64,000 nt of DNA from Chiloscyllium plagiosum (taxonomy: Eukaryota). Under the pieces are notes generated by a model. The model worked only from the letters and a program-made list of their open reading frames with translations. It did not search any database and was not told the origin of the DNA. Both the position numbers and the translations under genes were made by a program. Within the stretch, counting starts at the first letter, position 1, and every line of letters begins with the position of its first letter. Below, piece after piece: positions 23,990-36,447 of the stretch. Location: positions 1,510,417-1,574,416 of the forward strand of contig NC_057750.1 of assembly GCF_004010195.1 (NCBI RefSeq). Reading direction: 5' to 3'.

Positions 23990-25460
23990 TTTGCATCCCG
24001 AGACATTGTGGAAAGTGGAGGAAGAAATTGTGGGGCTCCCAACAGAGATATTTGTATCATGGAGTGCCACAGGTGAGCTGCCAGAGGACTGGAGGGTGAC
24101 TAATGTAAGGAGAAGCCTGAGAACTGTAGGCTAGTGAGTCTGACATTGGTGATGGGTACATTGTTGGAGGGGATTCTGAGCTTTAGATGAATTTGGAGAG
24201 GCAAGGACAGATTAGGGATAGTTGGCAAGGCATGGGAAATTGTGTCTCATAAGCCTGATTGAGTTTTTTGTGACCAAAAAGATCAATGAAGGCAGAGCTG
24301 TAGATGTTGTCTACATGGACCTTAGTAAAGCCCTTGACAAGGTTCCACACGGCAGACTGATTAGTGAAGTTAGATCACATGGGATCCAGGGAGAGCTTGC
24401 CAATTGGATATAAATTTGGCTTGATGGTAGGAGTCGGGGGTGGTTGTGGAGGGTTTTTTCAGGCTGGAGGCCTGTGACCAGTTGGATTCCACAGGGATCA
24501 GTGTTGGGTCCACTGTTTTTCATCATTTACATAAGCAATTTGGGTGACAATGAGGCATGACTAATAAGTTTGTGAGTGAAACCAAAGTTGGCGGTATACT
24601 GAACAGTGAAGAAAGTTATCTAAGATTACAAAGAGATTTTAATCAATTGGACCAATGGGCTGAGGCGTGGCTGAGATAGAGTTTAATCTGAATAAATGTG
24701 AGCTATTGAATTTTGCTAAAATGAACAAGGGCAGGATTTATACTGTTAACAGTAGGGTGCTGTGTAGTGTTGTCAAACAGAGAGACTGAGGGGTCACAGA
24801 TCTGCCTCACAGATAGACAGGGTGGTTAAGAAGCTGTTTAGTTCACTTGCCTTCATTGCTCAGACCACCGAGTATAGCAGTGGGGACGTCATGTTGAGGT
24901 TGTACGGGACAATAGTGAGGCTGCTTTGGGAGTACTGTGTCCAGTTCTGGTCGCCCTGTTATAGAAGGAATATTATTAAATTGGAGTGAGTTCATAAAAT
25001 ATTTACCAGGATGTTGTTGGGACCGGAGGGTTTGAGTTAAAAGGATAGGCTGGGACCTTTTCTCACTAGAGCGTAGGAGGTTGAGGGGTGTTCTTATAGA
25101 CGTTTATAAAATCATGAGGTGCAAAGATAAGATGAATGGCAAAAAATCTTTTCCCTAGGGTAGGGGATTTCAAAGCTGGAGGACATTTTTAAGGTTTGAG
25201 CTGAAAGATTTGTTAAGTTACTGAGGGACAACATTTTCATACAGAGGGTGGTTCGTGTGTGGAATGAACTGCCAGAGGAAGTGATAGATGCAGGTACAGT
25301 TACAACATTTAAAAAACATCTGGACAGGTACATGGGTGGGAAAGGTTTGGAGGGATATGAGCCAAATGCAGGCAAATGGGACAAGTTTAGTTTGGGAAAC
25401 TTGGTCAGCATGGAAGAGTTGGACTGAAGGGTCTGTTTCCATGTTGTATGACTCTACAGC
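23990..25460 (+). mobile_element. CR1/HER1-like LINE ~1.5 kb, heavily degenerate
   Basis: ATGELPEDWRVTNV and VDVVYMDLSKALDKVPHGRL motifs; CR1 tail at 25400-25460. Confidence 0.9.
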
Positions 25461-26159
25461 TACATCTAAATCTGTGATCTAACATGCTTCTCATTAAAGT
25501 GAACTCCTTGTGGGAAATCATGGTATGTGATGAGACGGGGTGGAGGTCTTTGTTGTGTAGTGTAAAGTTTGGTAAATTGTGTTGGATGTAGTTAGTGTCT
25601 TTTCCAGTCCGGAACGCTCATTGTTAATAAGCAGACAACTCACACAGAAGCTGAAGGAATGCAATCAAGAACATGAATTTTGGACTGAGTTGAGGAAAGA
25701 TTTCTTCACTCAGTTGGATTTTGATTTTTTAAAGTTTTCTACCCCAGAGGTTTGTGAATGTTCAGCCATTGAGAATACATTTACAATGAGGTTTGATTCA
25801 GAGTATTAATGGAGGGGAGGGATATGGGTTGCATGGAAAATACGATTTGAATGACAAAGCAGACTCAGTAAGTTAAATAGCCAACTTCAACTCCATTTCC
25901 TCCATTCTTAATTGTTTTCCTTTCATTAATGTTCTCAGGTTGAAATCATTTTGCCATTTTCCAAACTGTCACGACCTCCCTGGGGTAACGCAATGGAAAT
26001 CAAGTCCCATTATCCCCAGAATCATTACTAACTTAAGATTCCATTAACCCACCAAATTGCCTAATTTAACCAAATTCAGGTGGAGAGTGTACGCATATCA
26101 TGTTTTATCATTAGCAACAAAATCACTTTTTAAAGTGGCAACTAGTTTTTAAACCAATG

Positions 26160-26236
26160 CTGCCTGACCTTCTGTGCTTCTCCAGCACCACACTCTCAAC
26201 TCTGATCTCCAGCATCTGCAGTCCCCACTTTCTCCC
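26160..26236 (+). mobile_element. Truncated Penelope-derived insert with degenerate 16-bp TSD
   Basis: CTGCCTGACC...CTCCAGCATCTGCAGTCCCCACTTTCTCC; flanks AGTTTTTAAACCAATG and AGTTTGTTAACCAGTG. Confidence 0.7.
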
Positions 26237-27700
26237 AGTTTGTTAACCAGTGACAAGAAAGAACCATGAACTAGTAACTTATAACTCTATAACTTAAACT
26301 CTACTACTTTGTAAAATTCCCATGCACATACAAACACAAGATACACAACGCAACAAGACAAGATACAATATTCCGAGTGAGGAATTAACTAAATAATCAG
26401 TGCACATAGTTCCATTTGTAATTCTCCCCAAAGTGCTTGAATCAGGCGATGTTATAAATACATCTCAATGTGTTGCCTGTAACTCATCATGAACACTGCT
26501 AACATCAGCTTACATAGCCTACTTGGTTTAAAGCAGTACCTTTTCCCTTTTATTAGTCCCCATCCAACAAATTAGAGGTGGTCATTACAGAACATTGTAA
26601 CTTGGTTTTCCCATTCACTTGATAAACTCCAGCCCCAGCTATTGCCTCGATATCCTCTCCTCCCCCACCAGCCAGCCAGAGAAACGGTAAGATTCCACTG
26701 ACAGTGGAATGAGATCAAACTAGTGGACAGCTGGTAGACCCCTGAACGTTCAACTGGACAATGGGGGAGAAAGGAATTAGTCATGATATTGTGAGAGCCC
26801 TCTACTGGGCAATTGATCAATATTATTAATTCAAAGCTTGATCGGGCATTTGTATAGCTCATTTGCATTCGTGGTAACAATGTTGGAAGATAAATAGGCT
26901 GGGCCACAGCTAACTTAATCATTAACGCACAATACTAGCTGTGATTCTGATGGATTTGTGTAAGGAGGCTGCAAGTGGGAAATTGGTTGTACTTATTAAA
27001 GTAATAAGGATCCCTGTGATTACTATTTGCAAGTGCCTTTTTCTATAACAATTATTTTTGTTATCAGATGCAGAACATCTTCTAATTGAACAGATAATCC
27101 TTTGTCCTTTGAGGTGAAATTAAGCTGCAGTTCCTCGTAATACAGGAATAATTATGGAATAATATCAGCTGCAGTGTATTAATGAGCTTTGACAGCATAA
27201 ATACACAAAGATCTCAATGCAAGGTTTCGCATGTGAAAATTACACATATCCAACTCCCAGTAAGACAGCAACGGCTGGAACGTAACATCAGGAATTCAGA
27301 AACATTTGGAAAATGTTAATGTAATTCCAGAGCCTCTGGATTGTAATAGTTGACGCATTAATTTGTCTCTAAGAATATTCTGGAGTCGATGCCTCCTGTC
27401 GGACTGTTGCATTAGTAATCAACACAGACAGTTCACTCCAACAGGCCAACACTGTGTATTACCGGGGACTGATTCCAATTGCATCAGTAACCTTTCCTGC
27501 ACAATTTTCAGCTTCTGGGCTTTTTGCGATTGCAACTTAATAAACGTAGTTTGAGAGAAAAACAACATTGGACACTAAAAGTTGCTCATAATCAACAATC
27601 TTTGCATTTTTGTTTTATTGTACCTTCAAAGGCTTGCTCACACTTCAATGCATCATCAGCTCCTTCATAAGAAGATACATCCCACTCACAATCACTGCTT

Positions 27701-27968
27701 TTGGAGGGTTTGAGCTACAGGGAGAGGCTGAACAGGCTGGGACTGTTTTCCCCGGAGTGTCAGAGGCTGAGGGGTGACCTTCTAGAGGTTTATAAAATCA
27801 TGAGGGGCATGGATAGGCTAAATAGACAAAGTCTTTTCCCTGGGATGGGGGAGTCCAGAACTAGAGGGCATAGGTTTAGGGTGAGAGGGGAAAGATATAA
27901 AAGAGACCTAAGGGGCAACTTTTTCACACAGAGGGTGATGCATGTATGGAATGAGCTGCCAGAGGAAG
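27701..27968 (+). mobile_element. CR1/HER1-like LINE 3' fragment (tail resumes at 29320-29370)
   Basis: ORF 27701.. EGLSYRERLNRLGLFS...RGDLLEVYKIMRG. Confidence 0.95.
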
Positions 27969-29318
27969 TCATAGACTCATACAGTCATCGAGATGTACAG
28001 CACGGAAACAGATCCTTCAGTCCAACCCGTCCATGCCGATCAGTTATCCCAATGCAATCTAGTCCCACCTGCCAGCACCCGGCCCATATCCCTCCAAACC
28101 CTTCCTATTCATATACCCATCCAGATGCCTTTTAAATGCTGTAATTATACCAGCCTCCACCACTTTCTCTGGCAGCTCATTCCAAACACACACCACCCTC
28201 TATGTAAAAAAGTTAACCCTTAGATCCCTTTTACATCTTTCCCCTCTCACCTAAACCTATGCCCTCTAGTTCTGGACTCCCCGACCCCAGGGAAAAAAAC
28301 TTTGTCTATGTACCCTATCCATGCCCCTCATGATTTTATAAACCTCCATAAGGTCATCCCTCAGCCTCTGACGCTCCAGGGAAAACTGCCCCAGCCTATT
28401 CAACCTCTTCCTTTAGCTCAAATCTTCCAACCCTGGCAAAATCCTTGTAAATCTTTTCTGAACCCTTTCAAGTTTCACAGCACCCTTCTGATAGGAAGGA
28501 GACCAGAATTGTGCGCAATATTCCAACAGTGGCCTAACCAATGTCCTGTACAGCCGCACCATGACCTCCCAACTCCTGTACTCAATACTCTGGCCAATAA
28601 AGGAAAGCATACCAAATGCCTTCTTCACTATCCTATCTACCTGGGACTCCACTTTCAAGGAGCTATGAACCTGCACTCCAAGGTCTCTTTGTTCAGCAAC
28701 ACTCCCTAGGACCTTCCATTAAGTGTATAAGTCATGCTAAGATTTGCTTTTCCATAATGCAGCAGCTCACATTTATCTAAATAAAACTCTATCTACCAGC
28801 CCATTGGCCTATCTGATCAACATCCCGTTGTAATCTGAGGTAACCTTCTTCACTATCCACTACACCTCCAATTTTGATGTCATCTGCAAATGTACTAACT
28901 ATATCTCTTATGCTCACGTCCAAATCATTTATATAAATGATAAAAAATAGTGGACTCAGCACCGATCCTTGTGGCACTCCACTGGTCACAGGCCTCCAGT
29001 CTGAGAAACAACCCTCCACCTCAATCAAGTTTGTGAGACATGATTTCCCATACACAAAGCCATGTTGACTATCCCTAATCAGTCCTTGCCTTTCCAAATA
29101 TATATACAGCCTGTCCCTCAGGATTCCCTCCAACAACTTGCCCACCACCGACATCAGGCTCACTGGTCTATAGTTCCCTGGCTTGTCCTTACCGCCCTTC
29201 TTAAACAGTGGCACCACGTTAGCCAACCTCCAGTCTTCCGGCACCTCACCTGTGACTATCGATGATACAAATATCTCAAAAAGAGACCCAGCAATCACTT
29301 CTCTAGCTTCCCAGAGCT
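27969..29318 (-). mobile_element. CR1/HER1-like LINE ~1.35 kb with internal deletion
   Basis: ORF 28789..29298(-) VPEDWRLANVVPLFKKG..PGNYRPVSL..VPQGSVL..FADD. Confidence 0.95.
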
Positions 29319-30428
29319 AAACAAGTTGGACCGAAGGGTCTGTTTCTGTGCTGTAAAGCTCTATGACCCCGTGATGCCCCTCATAGACAGCTCTCCCTAG
29401 CACATGCCCCTCTGCGTTGCTAGGGGAGTGTTACCCAATGAGAGCCAATACTGTCCCCTCTTTTGTTCCTCAATTTCACTGAAGCTGTCCAAACTGCTGC
29501 TGAGCTTCTGGTCTGGTCTCTAAACTGTCCGTGGGTCCTTTGCTGAACTTGTCCTGATATTTTTTGGGAACAGTCTCAGATACTCAAGAAGTGGGTGTTA
29601 ACAAGAGCATCTATTATAGCTCAGAGAAGTCATGTGATCTCTAGTGGGGCACAAAACCTTAACATCACCTGACTGAGCACAGGCTGCCTTTAAAAATAAA
29701 TTTTGTCCCAATCCCTGGAACTAACACAGCTCACTTTTATGGATAAAACAATTCACAAAATGACTTCAAACTCCAATCTTTGCAACATCACTGCACAGCT
29801 CTATCAATCAGACTCCATAAAACATTAAAATAAAGTCTTTGAAGGTGCATAAAGCTCATCAAAATAATAGTGTGTTAGATTAGACAATCTGGAAATACAG
29901 ATTGGATTGCATGCTGTGGGTTTGGTTTATAGCTGAGACTTTGATATCTGACTTTATTCGTTTCTGTTGTTAGTTGGCATTTCTGGAATACTGCTATTTC
30001 CAAACTAAGTCACACATCAAAGAACATGAGACCTTTGCTTAGGGGATATGGTGTGGAGCTGAGGAAAGCACTTGTGCAGCAATTTTTATTCTGTGCTTCT
30101 CAAGATGAAGAATGTCAAAGTTGAGGACACAAATTTTCTGTTTCACCTTGGGGGGACATATTTCAACATCAAGCAGTCCCAGGGCATGTACAGCACAGAT
30201 ACAATACCGATTCGAGCTTCATCTGCATCGCCACCTAAATTGTACCCCAGTCCCCATGCTCCTGGAGAGAATATGTTCACTGTCAACAAACATTCCTTAA
30301 GACTCTCAATTGATTGCAGATGTTTTGAGCTGTGTCAACATATCGGCTGTAGTTCAATCAATAATGCCCTTGTTTCTGAGAGGGAATCTTAAGACTTTAA
30401 TCTCTATACTCTGACACCTGTTGGGGTC

Positions 30429-30736
30429 GCACTGCTGCCTCACAGCACAAGGGACCCGGCTTCGATTCCCCCCTCAGATGACTGTCTGTGTGGAGTTTGC
30501 ACATTCTCCCTGTCTCTGCGTGGGTTTCCTCTGGGTGCTCCAGTTTCCTCCCACAGTCCAAGGACGTGCAGGTTAGGGTGGATTGGCCATGCTAAGCTGC
30601 CCATAGTGTCCAGGGGCATGCAGCCGAGGTGGGTTAGCCATGGGAAATGCAGAGTTATAGGGTAGGAGGCTCTTCAGAGGATCGACATGGACTTGATGGG
30701 CTGAATGGCCTGCTTCCACACTGTAGAGATTCTATG
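30429..30736 (+). mobile_element. HE1-type SINE
   Basis: Head remnant, V-domain and CR1-like tail. Confidence 0.9.
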
Positions 30737-30847
30737 TTAAACTATGGGCCCATCTTGCATTGCCAGATGGGAGTAAAAGTCCCCATTGTCAGGAAGGTCT
30801 GGGGAGTCTTGGTTCATATTTACTCTTGAACTAACATCACAGGAACA

Positions 30848-31065
30848 AAGTTAAAAATCACACAACACCAGGCTATAGTTCAACAGGTTTATTTGGAAGC
30901 ACTAGCTTTCGGAGCACTGCTCCTTCATCAGGTGGTTTTGGAACAGGATCACAGCTACCTGACGAAGGAGCGACATCCCAAAAGCTAATGCTTCCAAATA
31001 AACCTGTTGGACTATAACCTGGTGTGTGTGATTTTTAACTTTGTCCAACACTGGCTACTCCAATT
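30848..31065. mobile_element. Fold-back Penelope-derived insert
   Basis: Two ~90-bp arms in inverted orientation; flanks CATCACAGGAACA and CATCATAAGAACA. Confidence 0.8.
30900..30934 (-). ncRNA. Minimal type I hammerhead ribozyme motif, intact core
   Basis: CAC-CUGAUGA-A-GGAGC(AGU)GCUCC-GAAAG-CUA-GUG: stem I CAC/GUG, stem II 5 bp, palindromic AGCU stem III. Confidence 0.75.
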
Positions 31066-31213
31066 CATCATAAGAACAGATTATCTGGTCTTTATCAAAT
31101 GATTGTGCACAGCAAGATCCCAGAACCAATCAGCTGTTACTTTGCCTGGATGAAGCAGTGGCTTGGCTGCATTAATTTGTTAATCCTATCAGTGATCTAA
31201 ATGCTTAGGCTAT

Positions 31214-32239
31214 TGTTCTGAGGGTATGGTTAAATGGTTATATCCACAATGAAATTTAAATTCAACTTAAAAAGAGACGTATGATTTTTATATGTGAAAT
31301 TTTTTCACAAGTTTGAATTTCATACTGCATATGGATATTAGTCTACTTTTTGTGAAGGTGTTTAATAATTAATCGGGTAAATCTGTTCTGAACTATGATT
31401 TTAAACCAGTATGTAGCAGAGAGTGAAGCTCCCCCGGTGAGTTAACGGAAGGTTCTTTATATTATGGATGTTTACGCCAGGAGAAGAAAATAAATGTTAA
31501 AACCATTAGCTTAGCAGAAGTTAGAATGAGCATGTATATCTTTTTCAAGTATCTTGGTTAAAAAGCTTCTGAATTCAGTTCAAAACAGTCCTAACTGAAG
31601 TCAAACGAAAAATAGCTTCCCGTGGAGGCTGGTACAAATATAATACTTAAAAGGCATCTGGATGGGTATATGACTAGGAAGAGTTTAGAGGGATTGTGGG
31701 CCAAATACTGGCAAACTGGACTAGATTAATTTAGGATATCTGGTCAGCATGGATGAGTTGGACCAAAGAGTCACTTTCTGTGCTGTATATCTCTATGACT
31801 CAATGACTCTACAGAAAGGAATTTGTTCAGAACAGTTCCAGAAATTAGTTATCTCAGTGTGGGGATTGTGGTTTGTGACAACTTCGAGAGCAAAGATTTT
31901 TGGTTAGAGCTCTGGAGGTTTATTGAAGTTAAACTATAGACCTGATAGGAAAGAAAATGTTAGCTTGAATTTTGAGTATAAGTAAACTGATGATGTTGGG
32001 AGTTGATGGGATTCTATCTTACCATGTGTTCCAAATCTTCCAAACTGTGTTATAATCAGATAGTCTGGTTAATTATCTTGTTTAATAGTCTTCTCTTTTA
32101 TTGTTAAAACAAAAACTGCTTTCTTGTGTATTTATGTCTCCGTGAGAGACTGCCACATTAAGTTAAGGAAAAGTAAAATCAGATCTATCAAGCCAGATTT
32201 CACCCTGTGATCTGACTTGGCATCACAGGCATCATAACA
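31214..32239 (+). mobile_element. Old LTR-like repeat interrupted by a CR1 tail (31620-31812)
   Basis: TGTT...AACA ends; similarity to 10.8-11.6 kb. Confidence 0.5.
31620..31812 (+). mobile_element. CR1 3' tail
   Basis: GTGGAGGCTGGTACA...CAGCATGGATGAGTTGGACC...CTCTATGACTC. Confidence 0.9.
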
Positions 32240-32249
32240 TTTCAACTTA

Positions 32250-32500
32250 ACATCTAGTTTTAATGGTGACCGTGAAACCAGTGTCAGTTGTCGTAAAAGT
32301 CCATCTGGTTTACTCATGTCCCTTTAAGACAGGAAATCTGCTGCCTTAACCCAGTCTGGCCTATGTGTGATTTCAAACCCACAGCAATGTGACTAATTCC
32401 CAAGTGAAATGACCTTAGCAAGCCACTCAGTTCAGGGGCAATTTAAGAATGGGCAGCAGACTCTGGCCTTGCTGATGGCAATCACATCCCATGAATTTAT
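32250..32500 (+). mobile_element. SINE-like element sharing ends with the second LINE family
   Basis: Same core as 22765; AGCAAGCCACTCAGTT joined to the GGGCAATT tail. Confidence 0.75.
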
Positions 32501-32683
32501 TTTTTTTTAATTACAAAGTGAACACCGACTTTTCAAAATCACTTCACTGCTGGTGGAGTGTTTTGTAACAACCTGAGGTGAACGTGAAAATTACTGCACA
32601 AATGAGATTCCTTTTATGAAAGTAAGGTCATATCCAGCAACATTTGCATAGCATTTGAGTGAAGGGAACATTGTCTCGACCGA

Positions 32684-32866
32684 ACTGAAAACAATAAATG
32701 CTGGTGCTCACAACGGGCCAGATCACACCCGTGGAGAGAGAACAAGCTAACATTTCGGGTCTAGATTCAAAACATTAGTTTGCTCTCTCTCCATAGATGC
32801 TGCCTGACCTGCTGTGATCTCCAGCATTTTTGGTTTCAAAACAGACTCCAGCATCTGCAGTAATTT
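32684..32866. mobile_element. Fold-back Penelope-derived insert (family of 36448)
   Basis: GGAGAGAGAACAAGCTAACATTTC and AAACATTAGTTTGCTCTCTCTCC inverted arms. Confidence 0.7.
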
Positions 32867-33509
32867 ACTCCACATCTTGTGCAGACAGGACTGTGGGCTG
32901 CTTATGGGATGAGAAAATGTTTCATAATATACCCTCAACTTCTGCATTTGAAGATTGAGGTTCATCTCAGGATAATCATGACTCATCAGAGAAATGCTTT
33001 AGCATTTATCTTGTTGTAAACGCATGAACATTTTGAAATGAAGAGTCAAGCTCCTCGTCCCAATAGCATCTCAAATCAGTAAGTTTGAAATGTGACAGAG
33101 TGAGAACAGCTTGTCATTTATTGAGGTGTTCTAGAGGATGACTCACTCAGGAATCTCACATGCTCTTATTTTACACTAATTTATTCATTGCCTTGTGTAA
33201 GTGTTATTCAGATTTTAGTACAGCAACTAAAAATACCCACACAGATTCATGCTGTTGTAGCAATGGGTCCAAATCGCATCTTTATGAAACTTGTCTTTAT
33301 GTCACATGCCGAGGGGGCTAGTGTGGATTTTAAGCTTGTTTATCGCATCAGATAGCTTGTGTAAATTAAACACTTCAGCTCACAGGGACATTGTGCTCAG
33401 GTCTATTTCGCTCTTTGTGAAAATGAGTTTCTCTCCCATGTCACCACTCATGGACAAAATTGCAAAAGGAAAGCTCGTCTCGGCTTTACATTTCCTATTA
33501 TCCAATGGC

Positions 33510-33765
33510 GTCTTCTGCTCTCCTCCTCTCACACTATCTCAGTCTCTGTCTCTGTCTCCCACTCTCATGCTCTCTGTGTGTCTCTCTCTCTGTCCCTCTC
33601 TTTCTCTGTCTCACACTCCTCTCTCTCTCCCACCCACTCCCTCCCTCCTCTGTCTGTCTGTCTCTCTCTGTCTCCTCCCCAGTCCCCCCAACCTTCCTCC
33701 CTCCCTTATCTGCCCTCTCTCTCTCTCTCTCTCTCTACATCTTTCTTCCATTCTTACTCATTCCT
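33510..33765 (+). repeat. CT-rich microsatellite / polypyrimidine tract
   Basis: Composition. Confidence 0.9.
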
Positions 33766-33974
33766 GGATTTTAATTAAGTTTGATTTGCTTCATTACATC
33801 AGGTTCAGTGGAACTCATACCCTTACCTGAGAACTGGAAACCAATCAAAGCTCTCCATACTCAAACTCCTAGAGACTGGGACCATAGTAAAGAAATATTT
33901 GCATTTTTATAGCACCTTTCAAATCTCAGGCTGTCCCCAGTACAGCCAATGAGGCACTTTTAAAAAGTTAGGCA

Positions 33975-34372
33975 ATGGTCTAGTGTTATTCTCTCTAGAC
34001 TAGCATTTCCAGGACCTGGGTTCAAATCCTGCCAGGGCAGTTAGTGGAATTTGAATTCAATAAAAATCCAGAAATTAAGAGTCGAACAATGACCATGAAT
34101 TGATTGTCAGGAAAAACCATCCAAGTCAAGATTAGTGTGGTGCTGGAAAAGCACAGCAGGTCAGGCAGCACCTGAGGAGCAGGAGAATTGATGTTTCGGG
34201 CAAAAGCCCTTCATCAGGAAAACCTATCCGCTGAACTTTAGGGAAGGAAATCTGTGCTACTCGTGACACAAGGCCAGTACTTAACCCTACCCTTAACTGT
34301 CCTCTGGGCAGTTCAGAATGGTCAATAAATGCTGACCTTGCCTGTGACACTCACATCCTGTGAATGAATTTT
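33975..34372 (+). mobile_element. SINE-like element of the second-LINE type with a Penelope-derived insert at 34123-34220
   Basis: GGTTCAAATCC B-box, GGAATTTGAATTCAATAAA, AATAAATGCTGACC tail; insert flanked by TCAGGAAAAACCATCC and TCAGGAAAACCTATCC. Confidence 0.75.
34187..34220 (-). ncRNA. Minimal hammerhead motif, partly decayed
   Basis: UUC-CUGAUGA-A-GGGC(UUUU)GCCC-GAAAC-AUC-AAU. Confidence 0.55.
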
Positions 34373-34374
34373 AA

Positions 34375-34790
34375 AACCTCCCAGGATGTGGGCATTGCTG
34401 GCTGGGCCCAGCATTTATTGCCCCGTCCCTAGTTGCCCCTTGAGAAGGTGGGGGGAGGAGCTGCCTTCTTGAACTGCTGCAGGCCATGTGCTGTGCGTCC
34501 CTCTAAACCTTTTGGATTGTCTGTACTTTTATTTTGTTTTATTTCATTTTTCCATGGGATGTGGATCTAGCAAGTCCACAATTCATCACTCATCCCTAAT
34601 TGTCCTTCAGCTGACCAATAAGGAATCACCCACACTGCTGTGGATCTGGAGTTGCGTGCAGGCCAGACCAGGTAAGGATTGCGGATTTCCATTCCCTAAA
34701 GAGCCCGAGCAAACCCGTGAGTTTTTCGCAACAATTGATGGTAATTTCATGGTCACCATCGCTGAGGCTGGCTTTCCGAGTTCCGATGTA
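34375..34790 (-). mobile_element. Second LINE family 3' tail plus an adjacent related SINE-like copy
   Basis: GCATTTATTGCCCCGTCCCTAGTTGCCCCTTGAGAAGG, then ACTGCTGTGGATCTGGAGT..GGCCAGACCAGGTAAGGA. Confidence 0.7.
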
Positions 34791-35600
34791 GGAAACGTGA
34801 GAGTGATTTAGTGTACAGCAAAACAGCAAAGACAAAGAGACAAATAATAAACAGCTTGTACACTTCAAATACTGCAACAGGTTACCCAATATTTCACATC
34901 CACTTTCCTGACCTTTTATTTTAATAAGAAACTCAGCAGGATTGACCCCAAAGGTCACGAGGGAGAGGATAGACAAGAAAGCTAGATTAGAAATGGTGGT
35001 CACCAGGCGATCAAGAGGAAGTGGTTGCACAATTCACACTGAAATGTTTTTTTATACACTGCCTTTTAGGGCAGTGATAGCTGCAGATCAGATCAGAGGT
35101 CCTTACCCAATGTCTCAAATCACTGCAGCATGTTTGGAAAGATTTGGTGCAGTTTAATAAATAGCTCACAAGGATAATTAAGAGGGGGGGGGTCACATTG
35201 CTGTGCATCTGAACAGACACACCTTTCGTGAAAAACTAGGATAGCAGGACTCCTTCTCCTCAGAAACTAGCTGGGCTTTTATAACGATCTGGCCAACCCC
35301 GGTCAGTTTCATTGACATTTTTCAAATTTATAAATCTGAATTTTAATTCTCAAAGTGGAAGGGGAGGCTGGAGAGGAGTTAGACCCTTTTCTTTGTCGTT
35401 TAATAGCCCAGTGATTTAAACATCTAAACTCTGTATGTGATGATTGGCCTGTCCTTAGAAACAGCTAAGGCGATAATTCTCCAACAGCCTTCCCCAAGCC
35501 AATTGAACATTTCCCTCAGACCTGTTGGTGCTGGAGTATGAGCAGCTCTTCCTGTATCCCAGCAGCCACCTCTCCCGCTGGTTGACCACTGAGGAAGGAG

Positions 35601-35725
35601 AAAGTGAGGACTGCAGATGCTGGAGATCAGAGCTGAAAATGTGTTGCTGGAAAAGCGCAGCAGGTCAGGCAGCATCCAAGGAGCAGGAGAATCGATGTTT
35701 CGGGCATGAGCCCTTCTTCTGGAAT
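35601..35725 (-). mobile_element. Penelope-derived short insert with degenerate 14-bp TSD
   Basis: Flanks CACTGAGGAAGGAG and CATTGGGGAAGGAG; reverse strand CCAGAAGAAGGGCTCATGCCCGAAACATCGA (mutated core). Confidence 0.8.
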
Positions 35726-35997
35726 CATTGGGGAAGGAGTCTAACACCATTTTTTGTTATGAAGCCAAGACACCAATTGCCTTCTTCACCCCCTGCTGTA
35801 CCTGCAATGCTTATCTTCAGCGACTGGTTACAGAGACACTCAGATCCCATTGCACCTCCGCATTTCCCAATCCAGCACCATTCCGATTAAAAAAACCACC
35901 CCCCTATTTTTACTCCCAATGTCCTCACATTGATCCATGCTATACTGCACCTACCTCGCATTCGTCCACTCACTCAACTTGTCCCAGTCAAGCTGAG

Positions 35998-36257
35998 GTA
36001 GACAAGCAGGAGGTTGGAAGAACACAGCAAGCCAGGCAGCACCAGGAGATGGAGAAGTCAACGTTTCGGTGTAACCCTTCTTCAGGACGGGGACTGGGTG
36101 TTAGGGGGAGCAGCAGATAATGTTGGGGGGAGAAGGGGTGCAGGTGCAGAGGTAAGGATAGATGAAAACAGGTAGAGGGTATAAACTGGCTGGTCAATGG
36201 GAGGAGTGATTCCGGTTGGTAGCTGGAAGGAAGGGCTGGTCAGAGGAGTGGAGGGGA
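35998..36257 (-). mobile_element. Penelope-derived insert, further family
   Basis: GAAGAACACAGCAAGCCAGGCAGCACCAGGAG..AAGTCAACGTTTCG followed by a purine-rich body. Confidence 0.7.
36057..36088 (-). ncRNA. Minimal hammerhead motif, near intact
   Basis: GUC-CUGAAGA-AG-GGU(UAC)ACC-GAAAC-GUU-GAC: stem I GUC/GAC, palindromic AACGUU. Confidence 0.6.
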
Positions 36258-36447
36258 CTGAAGCATCTTTGTACCATCCTCACACTTCACTGTCTCACCC
36301 AGCCTTGTGTGATTACAAAGCTGGAGAGATTACACTTAGTTCCACAATTAAATCATGACCCTATAATGTGAGTCGTGGGGTTCCAGCACTGATTCCTGTG
36401 GGACCCTGTTGGTCACTACCTGATACTTGAAAAAGGACCTGTTTGTT

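Noticed and set aside
25967..29787. One large LTR on the minus strand from 29787 to 25967
   Set aside because: The two ends look LTR-like (TGTTG.. / ..GTGACA), but I cannot show they belong to the same element.
33291..33830. Leu/Ser-rich ORFs resembling membrane proteins
   Set aside because: Translation of a CT microsatellite.
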